Positions 1 through 9,414 of a stretch of DNA of 64,000 nt are shown here, in pieces (within the stretch, counting starts at the first letter, position 1; each line of letters starts with the position of its first letter). The notes beneath the pieces were generated by a model. The model was not told where the DNA came from, searched no databases, and was given only the letters and a program-made list of their open reading frames with translations. Position numbers and translations under genes: made by a program. The stretch is from Myxococcota bacterium. Its GTDB lineage: Bacteria > Myxococcota_A > UBA796 > CAJQPC01. The DNA is taken from NCBI GenBank assembly GCA_036012755.1, contig DASCPX010000129.1:1-64000 (forward strand). Reading direction: 5' to 3'.

Positions 1-1334
1 ACCCGGGCGCCGCCTACAACGAGTCCTCGACCTCCTGCATGGAGGATCGGGACGGTGACGGCTACGGCGACGACGACGCCCCCTCTGGGGTGACGGACGG
101 CACCGACTGCAACGACGACGACGCGGACGTGAACCCCGGCGAGAGCGAGATCATCGCCAACGAGGTCGACGACAACTGCGACGGCACAGAGGTCTGCTAC
201 GCGGACGTCGACGAGGACGGCTACGGCGACTCCTCGTCCTACGAGAACTCGACCTCTGACGAAGACTGTGACGACGCCGGAGAGGCCACCAGCACGACCG
301 ACTGCGACGACTCCGACGAGTACACCCACCCCAACGCCGCTTCAAAGGACGGCGCGGCCTGCATGACCGACGCCGACGAGGACAACTGGGGCAGCGAGAC
401 CGCGCCCTCTGGCGGCTCCGCCGGAACCGACTGCGACGACGACGACGAGGACGTCAACCCCGACGGCACGGAGACGGTCGGAAACGACGTGGACGAAGAC
501 TGCGACGACGAGGCCGAGTGCTACTACGACGCCGACGAGGACGGCGATGGCACGGAATTCGGGACGACCTACAACAACGGCGACGAGGACTGCAACGACA
601 CCAACGAGGCCTCGACCAAGACCGACTGCGACGACACGGACGACACCCGCGCTGGTACGAACTCGGAGACGACCAGCAACGACATCGACGATGACTGCGA
701 CGACGTGATCGACGAGGGCAGCTACTCCGGCGGCGAGGTCGTCATCAGCGAGATCCACAACGACCCGAAGTACAGCGACGGCGGCGAGGAGTTCGACGGC
801 GAGTGGTTCGAGCTCTACAACACCAGCGCCAGCGACGACTACTACCTGGGCGGTTGGCAGATCGACCTGGGGCCGGGCTCGGGGAGTCGCTTCTACGTGG
901 GCATCGACAGCAACCTGATGGTGGCGTCCCAGTCCTACGTCGTGCTCTGCTACGACGACGTCACGCTCGGGTCGAAGTGCGACTACGTCTACGGCTCCAC
1001 CCAGAGCTGGGAGAGCGACAAGGGCGCGACCTACAACGGCAACGCCAAGCTGGCCAACAACTACGCCGATGATGGCGACACCGTCGCCCTGACCGTCGGC
1101 AGCACGACGATCGACAGCGTCAAATACACCACCGGCAACTACTTCTCGGAGCCCACCTCGGGGAACTCGATCGAGCTGGGTGACGACTACCTCGACGACA
1201 ACGACAACGACGTCGGGTCCTACTGGTGCGAGTCTGACGACACCGACACGGGCTTCATGTACTACGACGGCACAGCCACCAACGACGAGTACGGCACCCC
1301 CCAGACATCGGCGAGCTGCACGCCGACGCCGTGA
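1..1334 (+). CDS. MopE-type (DCDD) metal-binding repeat protein with C-terminal lamin-tail-like domain; 5' end outside the window
   Basis: Frame is open from base 3 ([13 protein letters not shown]...). Repeated DCDD..xNPG.xE..xDxDCD motifs, then [10 protein letters not shown]...GEWFELYN...GTP typical of LTD. Confidence 0.8.
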   Translation, partial: PGAAYNESSTSCMEDRDGDGYGDDDAPSGVTDGTDCNDDDADVNPGESEIIANEVDDNCDGTEVCYADVDEDGYGDSSSYENSTSDEDCDDAGEATSTTDCDDSDEYTHPNAASKDGAACMTDADEDNWGSETAPSGGSAGTDCDDDDEDVNPDGTETVGNDVDEDCDDEAECYYDADEDGDGTEFGTTYNNGDEDCNDTNEASTKTDCDDTDDTRAGTNSETTSNDIDDDCDDVIDEGSYSGGEVVISEIHNDPKYSDGGEEFDGEWFELYNTSASDDYYLGGWQIDLGPGSGSRFYVGIDSNLMVASQSYVVLCYDDVTLGSKCDYVYGSTQSWESDKGATYNGNAKLANNYADDGDTVALTVGSTTIDSVKYTTGNYFSEPTSGNSIELGDDYLDDNDNDVGSYWCESDDTDTGFMYYDGTATNDEYGTPQTSASCTPTP

Positions 1335-1342
1335 CCCCCCTC

Positions 1343-1417
1343 GGGCTCCAAGGAGCCAAAACGTATCCTTGAGCCCAGAGAACCCCGGGGTTCTCGGCCT
1401 CCAAGGATACGCTTTGG
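1343..1417. repeat. Nested palindromic (REP-like) element at the RAYT 3' end
   Basis: ccaaaacgtatccttg (1356-1371) pairs with caaggatacgctttgg (1402-1417, 1 mismatch) around a perfect 18-bp palindrome gagaaccccggggttctc (1378-1395). Confidence 0.75.
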
Positions 1418-1422
1418 ATCAT

Positions 1423-2178
1423 TCAGGCCGGAGGTGTCAGTCTCGCGAGCAGCCGGTCGTCGCCGAGGCAGAGCTGGGCCTCTGTGGTGATGTCGGGGCG
1501 GGACCACGCCTGGTGGACGGCGTTGCGGTTCATGCCGCAGAGCTCGGCGAGCAGCGTGGCGCGCCTCCAGCCGTTGGTCCCCGCGAGTTGCAAGAAGACA
1601 GTCCTCGCCTCGCTGCGCCGTCGTAGGTCCGAGGGCTTGGTGCGGGTCGCGGCCATCGCAGCCGCGGCGATCCTGCCGAGAGGATGGTCCCAGGACCGAG
1701 GCGCCGGGCTTGGCGCGGGCGTGCCGGCCACGGCGACCGAGGGATCACCGCTCACATAGGCGTGGTCGATGCCAAGGCGAGCCAGCACCCTGCGGTCGAT
1801 CCATGGGTCGCGGATGGCGCCGACCAGCTCGCGGTGTGTGCTCCAGACCCACTCCAGCGGGTCGCGTGCCAGCTCCGCACGACAGGGATTCAGGACGGCG
1901 TAGCGGATGTCCCGGCGCACCTTGACCCTGTCCGTGGCCAGGACTGGCTGCCGAGGGCGCTCGTAGGGCCATCCCTTGAGGCTGCCCAGCAGCCGGCACA
2001 GACGCCCCCAGGCCTCGGGGTCTTTAGGGACCACGAGGTGGAAGTGGTCGCCCATCAGGCAGGCCGCGAGGGCTCGAGGGTAGTTCGCTCGCAAGCGGCT
2101 CCACAGTCGCTGGGAGAGGTCGTCCGAGGCCAACGGGTCTCCCCAGGCGGCTCGGCCAGTGAGGTGGAGTGTCTTCAT
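1423..2178 (-). mobile_element. REP-associated tyrosine transposase (RAYT, IS200/Y1 HUH family) with C-terminal HTH
   Basis: CLMGDHFHL (HUH motif) and YAVLNPCRAELARDPLEWVWST (catalytic Y, NPxxA..W.WS motif); C-terminal helical HTH-like segment. Confidence 0.8.
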
Positions 2179-2190
2179 GTCCCCCCCAGA

Positions 2191-2206
2191 TGCACGGCTC
2201 GTGCCG
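2191..2206 (-). promoter_or_regulatory. Possible sigma-54 promoter for the RAYT gene
   Basis: Minus strand cGGCACG-agcc-gTGCA, with correct GG-N10-GC spacing. Confidence 0.4.
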
Positions 2207-2325
2207 TCAGCAAGCAGGCGGAATCGTGCCCTGTGGGTGGCGAAGAGTGCCAGTCAGTCGACGGGGGGTGTCGGCAGCTCGACGGATGTGAACACCAACC
2301 CAGCAGGATCCCGTGGCCATTGGGC

Positions 2326-2341
2326 TGGCGCGCGGCTTGCT
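2326..2341 (+). promoter_or_regulatory. Sigma-54 (-24/-12) promoter
   Basis: TGGCGCG-cggc-TTGCT, 35 nt upstream of the GTG at 2377. Confidence 0.55.
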
Positions 2342-2376
2342 CCTGGACTCGGTGCACCTCAGCCCTGGAGCTTCCC

Positions 2377-2907
2377 GTGTCCGACCTTCTCTCCCACCTC
2401 GGTGGGGCTGAACTCTCCGTCTATGGCTTCGCCTTCCTCGTCCTGCTCGGACGGATGTCCCGGAATCGCGAGCAGGCAGCTCGGGTTCTCGTCGGCCTCG
2501 CCCGGTTCCCTCGGGGCTTCCTCCACGAGCTGCGCGGAGGCACCTGCGAGGCACCCACCGACGACTGCCCGGCCTGGGCTCTGCGCGCCGTCAGCGTCGC
2601 CAGCTGGGGCAGCTTCCTCGCCATCGTCCTCGGCTGCGCTGGCGCCCTGGGAAGTCTCGGCAGCTTCGTCGCCCGCGTTTCGGAACAGGACGCGCTCACG
2701 CACGCTTGCCCCAAGGTGGTCCTCTCTGGCTGGGAGACGGGCGGATGCTCCGTGGACGAGCTCTCCCGAGCCCGCCTCGAGACGGCCTGCGCTGCTCACC
2801 TCCGGCTCGCCATGGACCCGGACACCCCTGACTTCGACTTCGAGACCAGGATCGCGGACCGCTGGCAAGAGGAGTGCACCTCCCACCTCGCGCAGGTGTC
2901 CCGATGA
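2377..2907 (+). CDS. Hypothetical membrane protein
   Basis: GTG preceded by GGAG; two hydrophobic segments; stop overlaps the next ATG (ATGA). Confidence 0.6.
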   Translation: MSDLLSHLGGAELSVYGFAFLVLLGRMSRNREQAARVLVGLARFPRGFLHELRGGTCEAPTDDCPAWALRAVSVASWGSFLAIVLGCAGALGSLGSFVARVSEQDALTHACPKVVLSGWETGGCSVDELSRARLETACAAHLRLAMDPDTPDFDFETRIADRWQEECTSHLAQVSR

Positions 2908-3056
2908 TCCCCGAAGGAAAGGCCGAGGTCGACGCCTTGGGTCGCAGAGTCGCTCGCAACACGGTCATCGTCTACGTGGTCCTCGGGACCGTCTTCGTCG
3001 TCCTGATGGTCTCAGCGCTGGTCGTCCTCGTACCGCTGTTCATACTGTTCGCGTAG
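2904..3056 (+). CDS. Small (50 aa) membrane protein
   Basis: ATGA coupling to the upstream gene; one long hydrophobic helix. Confidence 0.55.
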   Translation: MIPEGKAEVDALGRRVARNTVIVYVVLGTVFVVLMVSALVVLVPLFILFA

Positions 3057-3090
3057 GCTGCCTCTCGGAGAGGGTGGACGAGACGGTCGC

Positions 3091-4440
3091 TCACTGGGTG
3101 TCGAGGTAGCCGATGGCCTCCAGGGCACTCTGCATGCCCGGCGCGGTCTCGCTGCGGTCCAGGGACTGCATCGAGGAGATCACGCTCTCCAGCTGCTCCC
3201 TGGCGGGGTGGTCATCTGCAGAGAGCGGGTGATCCTCCGCCGGATCCGCGGCGAGGTCGTAACGAACGACCTCGTCGCCGGTCCAGTGGAGCTTGTCGTC
3301 GCCTTGCCACACGACAGCCTCCATGCGGTTGCCGAGCTTGCCATGGGACCAGTCCACCCAGGGCGCGAAGGGCCACACCGAGGCCTCGAGCGAGGGCAGC
3401 GGGTCCGGGAGTCGACCGTCGCGGGTGAGGTGGTAGGCGACCCTGGCCGAGACCTGGTCGGGGAGCGGTTCGTGGCCGCCGTCAGATTGCCACCACAAGA
3501 GCGGGACGCGGGCGACCGGCTCACCGATCACGTGAGCGTGGCGGACGAGCCCGTGCTCGCCGAGATACTCCCCGTGGTCCGAGGTGACGACCAGGCGAAG
3601 CCCCGCGGAGGTCCAGCCCCGCTCATCCAGGCGATCCAGCGCCCTGCTGAGGGCCTGATCCTCCAGGTGGATGCCGTAGTCGTAGTGCTCGGACATCGTC
3701 GTGAGCCACGCGGCCCGCTCCACCTCGTCCATCTCGCCGCGCACGAAGGCCTTGTAGTGGCGGACGAACCCCCTGGCCGCGGGACGCGGTTCGATCCACT
3801 CCACGCCTGGCGGGATGTCCTGCCAGGGGTCGTGGGCCTCGAGGAAGTTCATCACGAGGAAGAGCGGGCGATCCGGGTCGAGCTCTTCGAGCATCGCGTC
3901 GAAGGCCACGCTGTAGTCTGCTCCACGCAGGACCAGCCTCTTGGGATTGAAGCGGCTCACCCGCAGGATCTCGAAGCCCTGGGTCAGGCCCGTAGGGGGA
4001 AGGAGCAGGTCGTTCCCCGACACCAGGACGGTCTGGTAGCCCTGGCTCGCGAAGTGCTCGGCGAGGGTCTCTGCGTCTTCGTCCAGCGGGTGCAGCGCGA
4101 GCTCGCGCACCACGCGGCCACCCCCCTCCACGCTGTCCACGCCATGCTCGCTCACCGCCAACCCGGTGAAGAGGCTGGCGTGACTGGGCACCGTCCAGCT
4201 CGATGGCGCCAGGGCGCCACAAGACACCGACGCGCCTGTTGCCCGCAGCGCCTCGAGCCCGGGCGTGGTGGGCCGCTCGTGTCCGCACAGACTCGTCCGC
4301 GAGGATCGCACCGTGTCCATCACCGCGAGCACCACCGTGAGTCGGTCTGGTCGTCCGTGAACAGGAGCGACCTCGACGATCTCCACCGGGGGAGGCGCCG
4401 GGTCTTCCGAGCAGCCTGACCAGAGCGCGAGGTTCATCAC
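3091..4440 (-). CDS. Sulfatase-like hydrolase (alkaline phosphatase superfamily), probable lipoprotein
   Basis: MDTVR, WTVPSHASLFTG, NFLEAHDP, TSDHGE, C-terminal LEAIGY. Confidence 0.85.
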   Translation of the reverse strand: MMNLALWSGCSEDPAPPPVEIVEVAPVHGRPDRLTVVLAVMDTVRSSRTSLCGHERPTTPGLEALRATGASVSCGALAPSSWTVPSHASLFTGLAVSEHGVDSVEGGGRVVRELALHPLDEDAETLAEHFASQGYQTVLVSGNDLLLPPTGLTQGFEILRVSRFNPKRLVLRGADYSVAFDAMLEELDPDRPLFLVMNFLEAHDPWQDIPPGVEWIEPRPAARGFVRHYKAFVRGEMDEVERAAWLTTMSEHYDYGIHLEDQALSRALDRLDERGWTSAGLRLVVTSDHGEYLGEHGLVRHAHVIGEPVARVPLLWWQSDGGHEPLPDQVSARVAYHLTRDGRLPDPLPSLEASVWPFAPWVDWSHGKLGNRMEAVVWQGDDKLHWTGDEVVRYDLAADPAEDHPLSADDHPAREQLESVISSMQSLDRSETAPGMQSALEAIGYLDTQ

Positions 4441-4509
4441 GGCAGTTCCAGGTGAAGCGACCGTGGATCGACGGGACCCCCTTCGCCAGGATCACGCTAC
4501 CATGGCCCC

Positions 4510-5805
4510 TTGCTTGTGCTCCTCACCAGCCTTGTCATGGCCGCGGACGACTGTCCGACCCGGCCAGAACCGGATCGCTTCCACAACAAGGTCGAGGCCG
4601 TCAAGGAGCGAGTCGCGTTTGCGGAGCCGGATCTGACCCCGGTGCTCGACGAACTGCAGCTCGTGGCCGAGAAGTGCATCCAGGGGCCCGCCTACATCGA
4701 CGATCTGGCGGCGCTGCACATGGCGCGGGGGGCTTACGCGCTCCTCGCCAACGGCGACCCTGTCCTTGCCGAGGTCTACTTCGTCAACGCCGCCGCGCTG
4801 GCTGGAGCCAAGGCCAACGAGCCGCTCTACGGGCCAGAGGTCAGCGCGGCCCTGCTCGCGGTGCTGGCGCAGGACTCCCGCACCGCCGTGCTGGACATCA
4901 CCTTCCAGTGGGAGCCGGTCGTCCTCGTCCTCGATGGCGAGGTCCACTACGACTACGGCCCGAACGACGTCCCGGCGGGCTGGCACCTCGTCCAGTGGAA
5001 GGCAGAGGACCTCTGGTTCTCAGAGGCCGTCCAGCTTGGACCCGGAGGCCGGGCGCACGTCGGAGACGGCATCCCCTCCCCAGACGAAGTTGCCATCGGG
5101 GAGCTCGTCGAGGACGAGCCCAAGCGCGGCCGAGGCGGCAAGGACGACGACCTCATGGTCGAGGTCCGGACCGGCAACCGAGCCGGTCGAGAGAAGCGCG
5201 AGCGCCCGCAGACTGCGCTGCCGCCGGTGCTCTACGCCCCGGTCGAGGACCCCGGCGAGGTCACCGCCTTTGCCAGCTACCACGTCGCTCGCGCCACCGT
5301 CGGCGTCGGGTCCAGCACCTATGACGGCCTCGTCGGCGCGGCGGACGGGCGCCTTCGACTTCGCTACGGCAACCGCCTCCGTGTCGTCGCCGAGATCGGC
5401 ATGGGCGCCCCCAGCGGTGCCGGGCGCGTCAGCCTCTCGACCCGCGGTCGGCTCTACGGCGCCGTCGCCGGCGGCCCGGGCTGGAGTTGGCAGCTGGCAG
5501 CCGGTCCGGTCGTCGGTTTTCTCCCGGGTACGCTGGTGCCCCCCACCCCAGAGGCCGAGCCCACCTTCGCCGGTCAGCTGGCGTTCGGCGCTGGCGGGGA
5601 GCTCTCCGTGCAGCTCTCCGTGCTCGACGTCTACGCTCGTGGCGCCTGGTTGGGTGGTGCGATCGACGCCGGCGTTGGCGGCAGCTACCACATCAACCTC
5701 GGTCCAGTGCAGGTGCGACTCGGTCTCGAGGCCCGCAGCCTGACCTCCGGGTCGGATCGCTACCTCGGGCTCGCCGGCACTGGCGGCCTGGCGCTAGGAT
5801 TCTAG
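4510..5805 (+). CDS. Secreted hypothetical protein, possible C-terminal beta-barrel
   Basis: Short signal peptide; alternating beta-strand pattern ending in F; typical codon usage. Confidence 0.65.
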   Translation: MLVLLTSLVMAADDCPTRPEPDRFHNKVEAVKERVAFAEPDLTPVLDELQLVAEKCIQGPAYIDDLAALHMARGAYALLANGDPVLAEVYFVNAAALAGAKANEPLYGPEVSAALLAVLAQDSRTAVLDITFQWEPVVLVLDGEVHYDYGPNDVPAGWHLVQWKAEDLWFSEAVQLGPGGRAHVGDGIPSPDEVAIGELVEDEPKRGRGGKDDDLMVEVRTGNRAGREKRERPQTALPPVLYAPVEDPGEVTAFASYHVARATVGVGSSTYDGLVGAADGRLRLRYGNRLRVVAEIGMGAPSGAGRVSLSTRGRLYGAVAGGPGWSWQLAAGPVVGFLPGTLVPPTPEAEPTFAGQLAFGAGGELSVQLSVLDVYARGAWLGGAIDAGVGGSYHINLGPVQVRLGLEARSLTSGSDRYLGLAGTGGLALGF

Positions 5806-8800
5806 ATGCACCTCTTGTTCTGGCTCGCCTGCTTCTCTTCCTGGTCCATCCAGGACGGAGATGGCGATGGCGTCACGGCGCTGCAGGGCGACTGTGACGA
5901 CCTCGACCCCGAGATCTCCCCAGACGCGGAGGAGGTCTGGTACGACGGCGTCGACCAGGACTGTGACGGGGCCTCCGACTGGGACGCCGACCAGGATGGT
6001 CATGACACCCTCGAGGCGGGCGGGGAAGACTGCGACGACGAAGAGGCCGGAGCCTACCCGGGCAACACGGAGACCTGGTACGACGGCATCGACGGGGACT
6101 GCGGGGCGGACTCGGACTACGACGCCGACGGGGACTTCGTCGACTCCTCCGACTACGGGGGCGAAGACTGCGACGACACGGATCCCCTCGTCTTTCCCGG
6201 CGCCGCGGACAGCTGGTACGACGGGGTCGACTCGGACTGTGCGGGCAACTCCGACTACGACTGGGACGGTGACGGCTCGGACTCGGAAGACTACGGGGGC
6301 GAGGACTGCGACGACCGCGACGTCAACGTCGGCCCCGACGCCGACGAGGTCTGGTACGACTGCTTCGACGACAACTGCGACGGCAACGACGGTGACAAGG
6401 ACCTCGACACCTACGTCCCGGATTCCTACACCAGCAGCTGCACGAACTGGCTCGACTTCGAGGCCCACGTCAACGCTGGTGACTGCTGGGACGACTCGGA
6501 CGACCGGCCAGAGGACTACGTCGCTCTGAACGGCTTCCCGAACCCCGACCCGGGCGAGGTCTACCCGAGCGCTCCGGATGTCCCCTATGACGCCGTAGAC
6601 GCCGACTGCGCGGGCGACGACGGTGAGTGGGACGTCGACGCCGACGGGTACGACACGGACGCCTACGTCCAGCGCGACGGCTCCCTGGGCAGCGACTGCG
6701 ACGACGCCAACGCCGACGTGAACCCGTCCCAGGTAGAGGTCTGCGACGAGTCCGACGTCGACGAGGACTGCAACGGGGCCGCCGACAACGATGACGACAA
6801 CGCCCTGGGCATGACGCTCTGGTTCCCCGACGCCGACGCCGACGGCTACGGCGACGCCGACTCCAGCGGTTTCTCCGACTGCGACACCTCCCTGGAGTAC
6901 CCGCTTTCGGACGACACGGACTGCGACGACGACGACGCGAACACGAACCCGGGCTCCGACGAGTACTGCGACGGTCACGACGACGACTGCGATGGCGAGG
7001 TCGACGAAGACGACGCGCTGGACGCCGAGACCTGGTACCTGGACAGTGACACCGACGGCTACGGCGACGCTCTGGAGACCACGACCTCCTGCGAGCAGCC
7101 CAGTGGCTACGTCGACGACGACACGGACTGTGACGACGAGGACTTGGGCGTGAACCCGGGCACCACAGAGACCTGCGACGACGACGACACCGACGAAGAC
7201 TGCGACGGGCTCTCGGACGACGACGACAGCTCGGCCACAGACCAGGGCACCTGGTACGCCGACAGCGACGGGGACAGCTATGGCGACGAGAGCAGCTCGA
7301 GCTCGCAGTGTGACCCGGACAGCACCTACACGACCGATGTGGGCGGGGACTGCGACGACGCTGACGACACGGTCTACGACGGGGCCGACGAGCTCTGCGA
7401 TGGTCAGGACAACGACTGCGACGACACCATCCCCACCGACGAGATCGACGACGACTCCGATGGCGCCGTCGAGTGCGAGTTCGACATCGGCGGGTGGGAC
7501 GGGGACTCCGGCGTCACGGCGGACAACGACTGCGACGACGACGACAGCACGGTCAACGAGGCCGCCAGCGAGATCTGCGACGGTCAGGACAACGACTGTG
7601 ACGACACCATCCCCACCGACGAGACAGACGACGACGGCGACGGGGCTGTCGAGTGCACATGGGACTCCGGCGGTTGGGACGGGGACTCTGGCGTCACGGC
7701 GGAGGACGACTGTGACGACACGGACGCCACCATCTACGACGGCGCGGACGAGCTCTGCGATGGCCAGGACAACGACTGTGACGGCACCACTCCGACCGAG
7801 GAGACCGATGTCGACGGCGACGGGGCTGTCGAGTGCACCTTCGACAGCGGCGGGTGGGACGGCACCAGCGCCGTGACGAGCGGGGACGACTGCGACGAGA
7901 CCGACGACACGATCTACGACGGCGCGGACGAGCTCTGCGACGGTCAGGACAACGACTGCGACGGCAGCCTGGAGGAGGACGAGTCCGACGTCGATGGCGA
8001 TCTGTACGTCGCCTGCAGCGAGGACAGCGGCGGCTGGGATGGCTCGACGGCGCCCTCGGGCTACGACGACTGCGACGACGAAGACAGCTCGGTCAACGCC
8101 GGCGCCAGCGAGGTCTGCGACGGTCAGGACAACGACTGCGACGGCAGCACTCCCACGGACGAGACCGACGTCGACGGCGACGGCTACGTGCCCTGCACAG
8201 AAGACAGCGGCGGGTGGGACGGCTCCAGCTCGGTCGTCGGGGGCGACGACTGCGACGACGGCGACGGGGCGACGTACCCGGGCGCTGCAGAGAGCGAGAG
8301 CAGCACCTCGTGCATGACGGACGACGACGAGGACGGCTACGGCTCGGACACCGTCGCGAGTGGGGTCACGGCCGGGAGCGACTGCGATGACGGCTCCTCC
8401 ACGGTCTACCCCGGTGTCGCGGCGAGCGACTCCAGCACTGCGTGCATGGAGGACGACGACGGCGACGACTACGGCGACGACTCTCCCTCGAGCACAGGTG
8501 CGACGGCTGGCACGGACTGCGACGACACCTCGAGCGCCATCAACCCGGGCGAGCCAGAGGTCTGCGACTCCTCGGACACCGACGAAGACTGCGACGGACT
8601 CGCCGACGACGACGACAGTGACGCCAACGGAAAGACCGAGTGGTCCACCGACAGCGACGGCGATGGCTACGGCGACGAAGACGCGAGCAAGACGAACTAC
8701 TGCGACGGCCCCTCTGGGACCGGGTCACCGGCGACCGACTGCGATGACTCCCGCGCCTCGGCCAACCCGGGGTCCACCGAGACCTGTGGAGACGAGATCG

Positions 8801-9402
8801 ACCAGGACTGCGACGACATCGTCAACGAGGGCTGCTACGTCGCCGGCGATCTCATCATCACCGAGATCATGTACAACCCGAGCTACTCGGAGCCCGACGG
8901 GGAGTACATCGAGCTCCGGAACACGACCTCGAGCGCCATCTGGCTCGACGGCTGGCGCTTCTACGAGGACGGCAACGTCTTCTACGGCGGTGTGGGCGGG
9001 GCCTACGTGCCGCCCCACGACTACGCCATCGTCTGCTGGGGCGACGACACCTTCGACAACAGCAGCTACGTCTGCGACTACGAGTATGGGACCGACCAGA
9101 ACGAGAGCTCAGACGTTGGCAACACCTACAACTCCTCGTGGTCGCTCAGCACCAGCGGGACCCTGACGCTCTCCATCGACGGCACGACGATCGACACGGT
9201 GGTCTTCAGCAACGGTGGCAGCTGGCCGAGCAGCAACGACGGCTACGCCATCGAGCTCGGCTCCTCGTACGAGACCGACACCTACAACGACTCGGGTGGG
9301 TACTGGTGCCAGGTCTCCGGCGAGTACACAGCTCTCTACTACAGCGCCGGGGGCTATTCAGAGCATGGCTCACCGGGGCTTCCGGCAGCGTGCACGCCGT
9401 AG
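5806..9402 (+). CDS. Large acidic lipoprotein with MopE-type DCDD repeats and C-terminal lamin-tail-like domain
   Basis: MHLLFWLAC lipobox; many DCDD...E.WYDG.D.DC repeats; LIITEIMYNP...GEYIELRN...GSPG. Confidence 0.85.
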   Translation: MHLLFWLACFSSWSIQDGDGDGVTALQGDCDDLDPEISPDAEEVWYDGVDQDCDGASDWDADQDGHDTLEAGGEDCDDEEAGAYPGNTETWYDGIDGDCGADSDYDADGDFVDSSDYGGEDCDDTDPLVFPGAADSWYDGVDSDCAGNSDYDWDGDGSDSEDYGGEDCDDRDVNVGPDADEVWYDCFDDNCDGNDGDKDLDTYVPDSYTSSCTNWLDFEAHVNAGDCWDDSDDRPEDYVALNGFPNPDPGEVYPSAPDVPYDAVDADCAGDDGEWDVDADGYDTDAYVQRDGSLGSDCDDANADVNPSQVEVCDESDVDEDCNGAADNDDDNALGMTLWFPDADADGYGDADSSGFSDCDTSLEYPLSDDTDCDDDDANTNPGSDEYCDGHDDDCDGEVDEDDALDAETWYLDSDTDGYGDALETTTSCEQPSGYVDDDTDCDDEDLGVNPGTTETCDDDDTDEDCDGLSDDDDSSATDQGTWYADSDGDSYGDESSSSSQCDPDSTYTTDVGGDCDDADDTVYDGADELCDGQDNDCDDTIPTDEIDDDSDGAVECEFDIGGWDGDSGVTADNDCDDDDSTVNEAASEICDGQDNDCDDTIPTDETDDDGDGAVECTWDSGGWDGDSGVTAEDDCDDTDATIYDGADELCDGQDNDCDGTTPTEETDVDGDGAVECTFDSGGWDGTSAVTSGDDCDETDDTIYDGADELCDGQDNDCDGSLEEDESDVDGDLYVACSEDSGGWDGSTAPSGYDDCDDEDSSVNAGASEVCDGQDNDCDGSTPTDETDVDGDGYVPCTEDSGGWDGSSSVVGGDDCDDGDGATYPGAAESESSTSCMTDDDEDGYGSDTVASGVTAGSDCDDGSSTVYPGVAASDSSTACMEDDDGDDYGDDSPSSTGATAGTDCDDTSSAINPGEPEVCDSSDTDEDCDGLADDDDSDANGKTEWSTDSDGDGYGDEDASKTNYCDGPSGTGSPATDCDDSRASANPGSTETCGDEIDQDCDDIVNEGCYVAGDLIITEIMYNPSYSEPDGEYIELRNTTSSAIWLDGWRFYEDGNVFYGGVGGAYVPPHDYAIVCWGDDTFDNSSYVCDYEYGTDQNESSDVGNTYNSSWSLSTSGTLTLSIDGTTIDTVVFSNGGSWPSSNDGYAIELGSSYETDTYNDSGGYWCQVSGEYTALYYSAGGYSEHGSPGLPAACTP
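7351..8250 (+). repeat. Five intragenic 180-bp (60 aa) tandem repeats
   Basis: Cys-Asp codons recur at 7351, 7531, 7711, 7891, 8071 and 8251; each unit carries CDGQDNDCD and GGWDG. Confidence 0.85.
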
Positions 9403-9414
9403 TAGTCTCGGGCT

